Source of the DNA: a virus
IMG/VR virus record: IMGVR_UViG_3300029904_000353
Location: 1,107 to 65,106 of that record
Length of the DNA: 64,000 nt
Strand: one strand, 5' to 3'
Shown here: positions 63,588-64,000 of the stretch, one piece after another
How the letters are laid out: each line of letters starts with the position of its first letter
Numbering within the stretch: position 1 is the first letter of the stretch
Position numbers and translations under genes: made by a program
The notes under the pieces: model-generated
Seen by the model: the letters and a program-made list of their open reading frames with translations, nothing else
Databases searched by the model: none
What the model was told of the DNA's origin: nothing

Positions 63588-64000
63588 TTATAGTATTCCT
63601 GATAAAGATTGACCTGCCTGTGCGAACCCTTGCGCTGCCGTCGCCACATTCTGTGCACGCTGATTGTTGACTCCCATCCGAGCCTCATCGATGGCTGATA
63701 GCTGATTCTCATAGTTCGAGCGCACCTGTTCCTTGTACGCATCTGCACGCTCGGCAATGTTGCTCGTCACATCTGCTATCACTTGGTTGTTGGCCGCCTT
63801 CTGCTGGGCCACGCTCTCATCCGTCGCACCGGTCACCGCTGCCGAACCTTGTGTGCGATTATACCTATCGTCAAGGATTTTTCGAGCTGAATTCAGTGCA
63901 GCCTGCGCGTCGCTACGCTGAGTAAAGTCACTGTAATACTCTTGGTCATACCAGTCCTGCGCACGATCCTGTGCGCGGTTCAAAATCCGTTCATTCCTTT
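63588..64000 (-). CDS. Probable ejection protein (5' end outside window)
   Basis: Q/A/N-rich helix, QGSAAVTGATDE, C-terminal AAQGFAQAGQSLSGIL; frame open to window edge. Confidence 0.65.
   Translation of the reverse strand, partial: RNERILNRAQDRAQDWYDQEYYSDFTQRSDAQAALNSARKILDDRYNRTQGSAAVTGATDESVAQQKAANNQVIADVTSNIAERADAYKEQVRSNYENQLSAIDEARMGVNNQRAQNVATAAQGFAQAGQSLSGIL

Larger units (their letters stand above)
1..64000. mobile_element. Temperate podovirus-like prophage of a Bacteroidales-type host (both ends outside window)
   Basis: Integrase tail, CI/Cro switch, recombination/replication genes, lysis, capsid, portal, terminase and ejection genes in phage order; no host housekeeping genes seen; no att site seen. 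Confidence 0.93.

Noticed and set aside
1-64000. Genome-wide TAG-to-Gln recoding
   Set aside because: TAG ends several complete genes (10693, 20408, 21491, 47052) and no in-frame TAG occurs in the 5114-codon gene or other long genes

Overview
The window is almost entirely one temperate, podovirus-like prophage of a Bacteroidales-type host. The host assignment rests on TAnnTTTG promoters, A-rich start leaders and Bacteroidales-style lipoproteins. Both ends run past the window. Layout: the last 29 codons of a probable tyrosine integrase (2-91); a leftward immunity operon (CI/S24 repressor, lipoprotein, exported protein, two amber-interrupted ORFs); a rightward early operon of about 18.5 kb (Cro, Xis-like, RecT, PD-(D/E)XK nuclease, SNF2 helicase, NinG, replication initiator, C5-methyltransferase with an overprinted second polypeptide, PAPS-reductase-like protein, ASCH-like protein, HAD 3'-phosphatase, MazG-like protein and many small accessory genes); then leftward late genes (tail/nozzle and adaptors, a 7-gene cassette of unknown function, holin/endolysin/u-spanin, two AT-rich tail fibres, major capsid, scaffold); a rightward unit (putative regulator, rhomboid protease, large terminase, small membrane pair); and leftward portal, a 5114-aa polyvalent DarB-like protein and ejection proteins. 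The strongest leads are: (1) a rhomboid intramembrane protease in the packaging module together with a major capsid protein that begins with a membrane segment, with no conventional prohead protease visible; (2) three tRNA-like RNAs lacking a normal anticodon arm, one with an internal mini-ORF (tmRNA-like layout), among a family of GC-clamped RNA modules; (3) a two-frame C5-MTase gene; (4) twin 4x22-bp arrays 18 kb apart; (5) a fixed-spacing late-promoter motif; (6) Shine-Dalgarno motifs in a lineage that normally avoids them. All family assignments come from motif recognition by eye; no database searches or folding computations were run.
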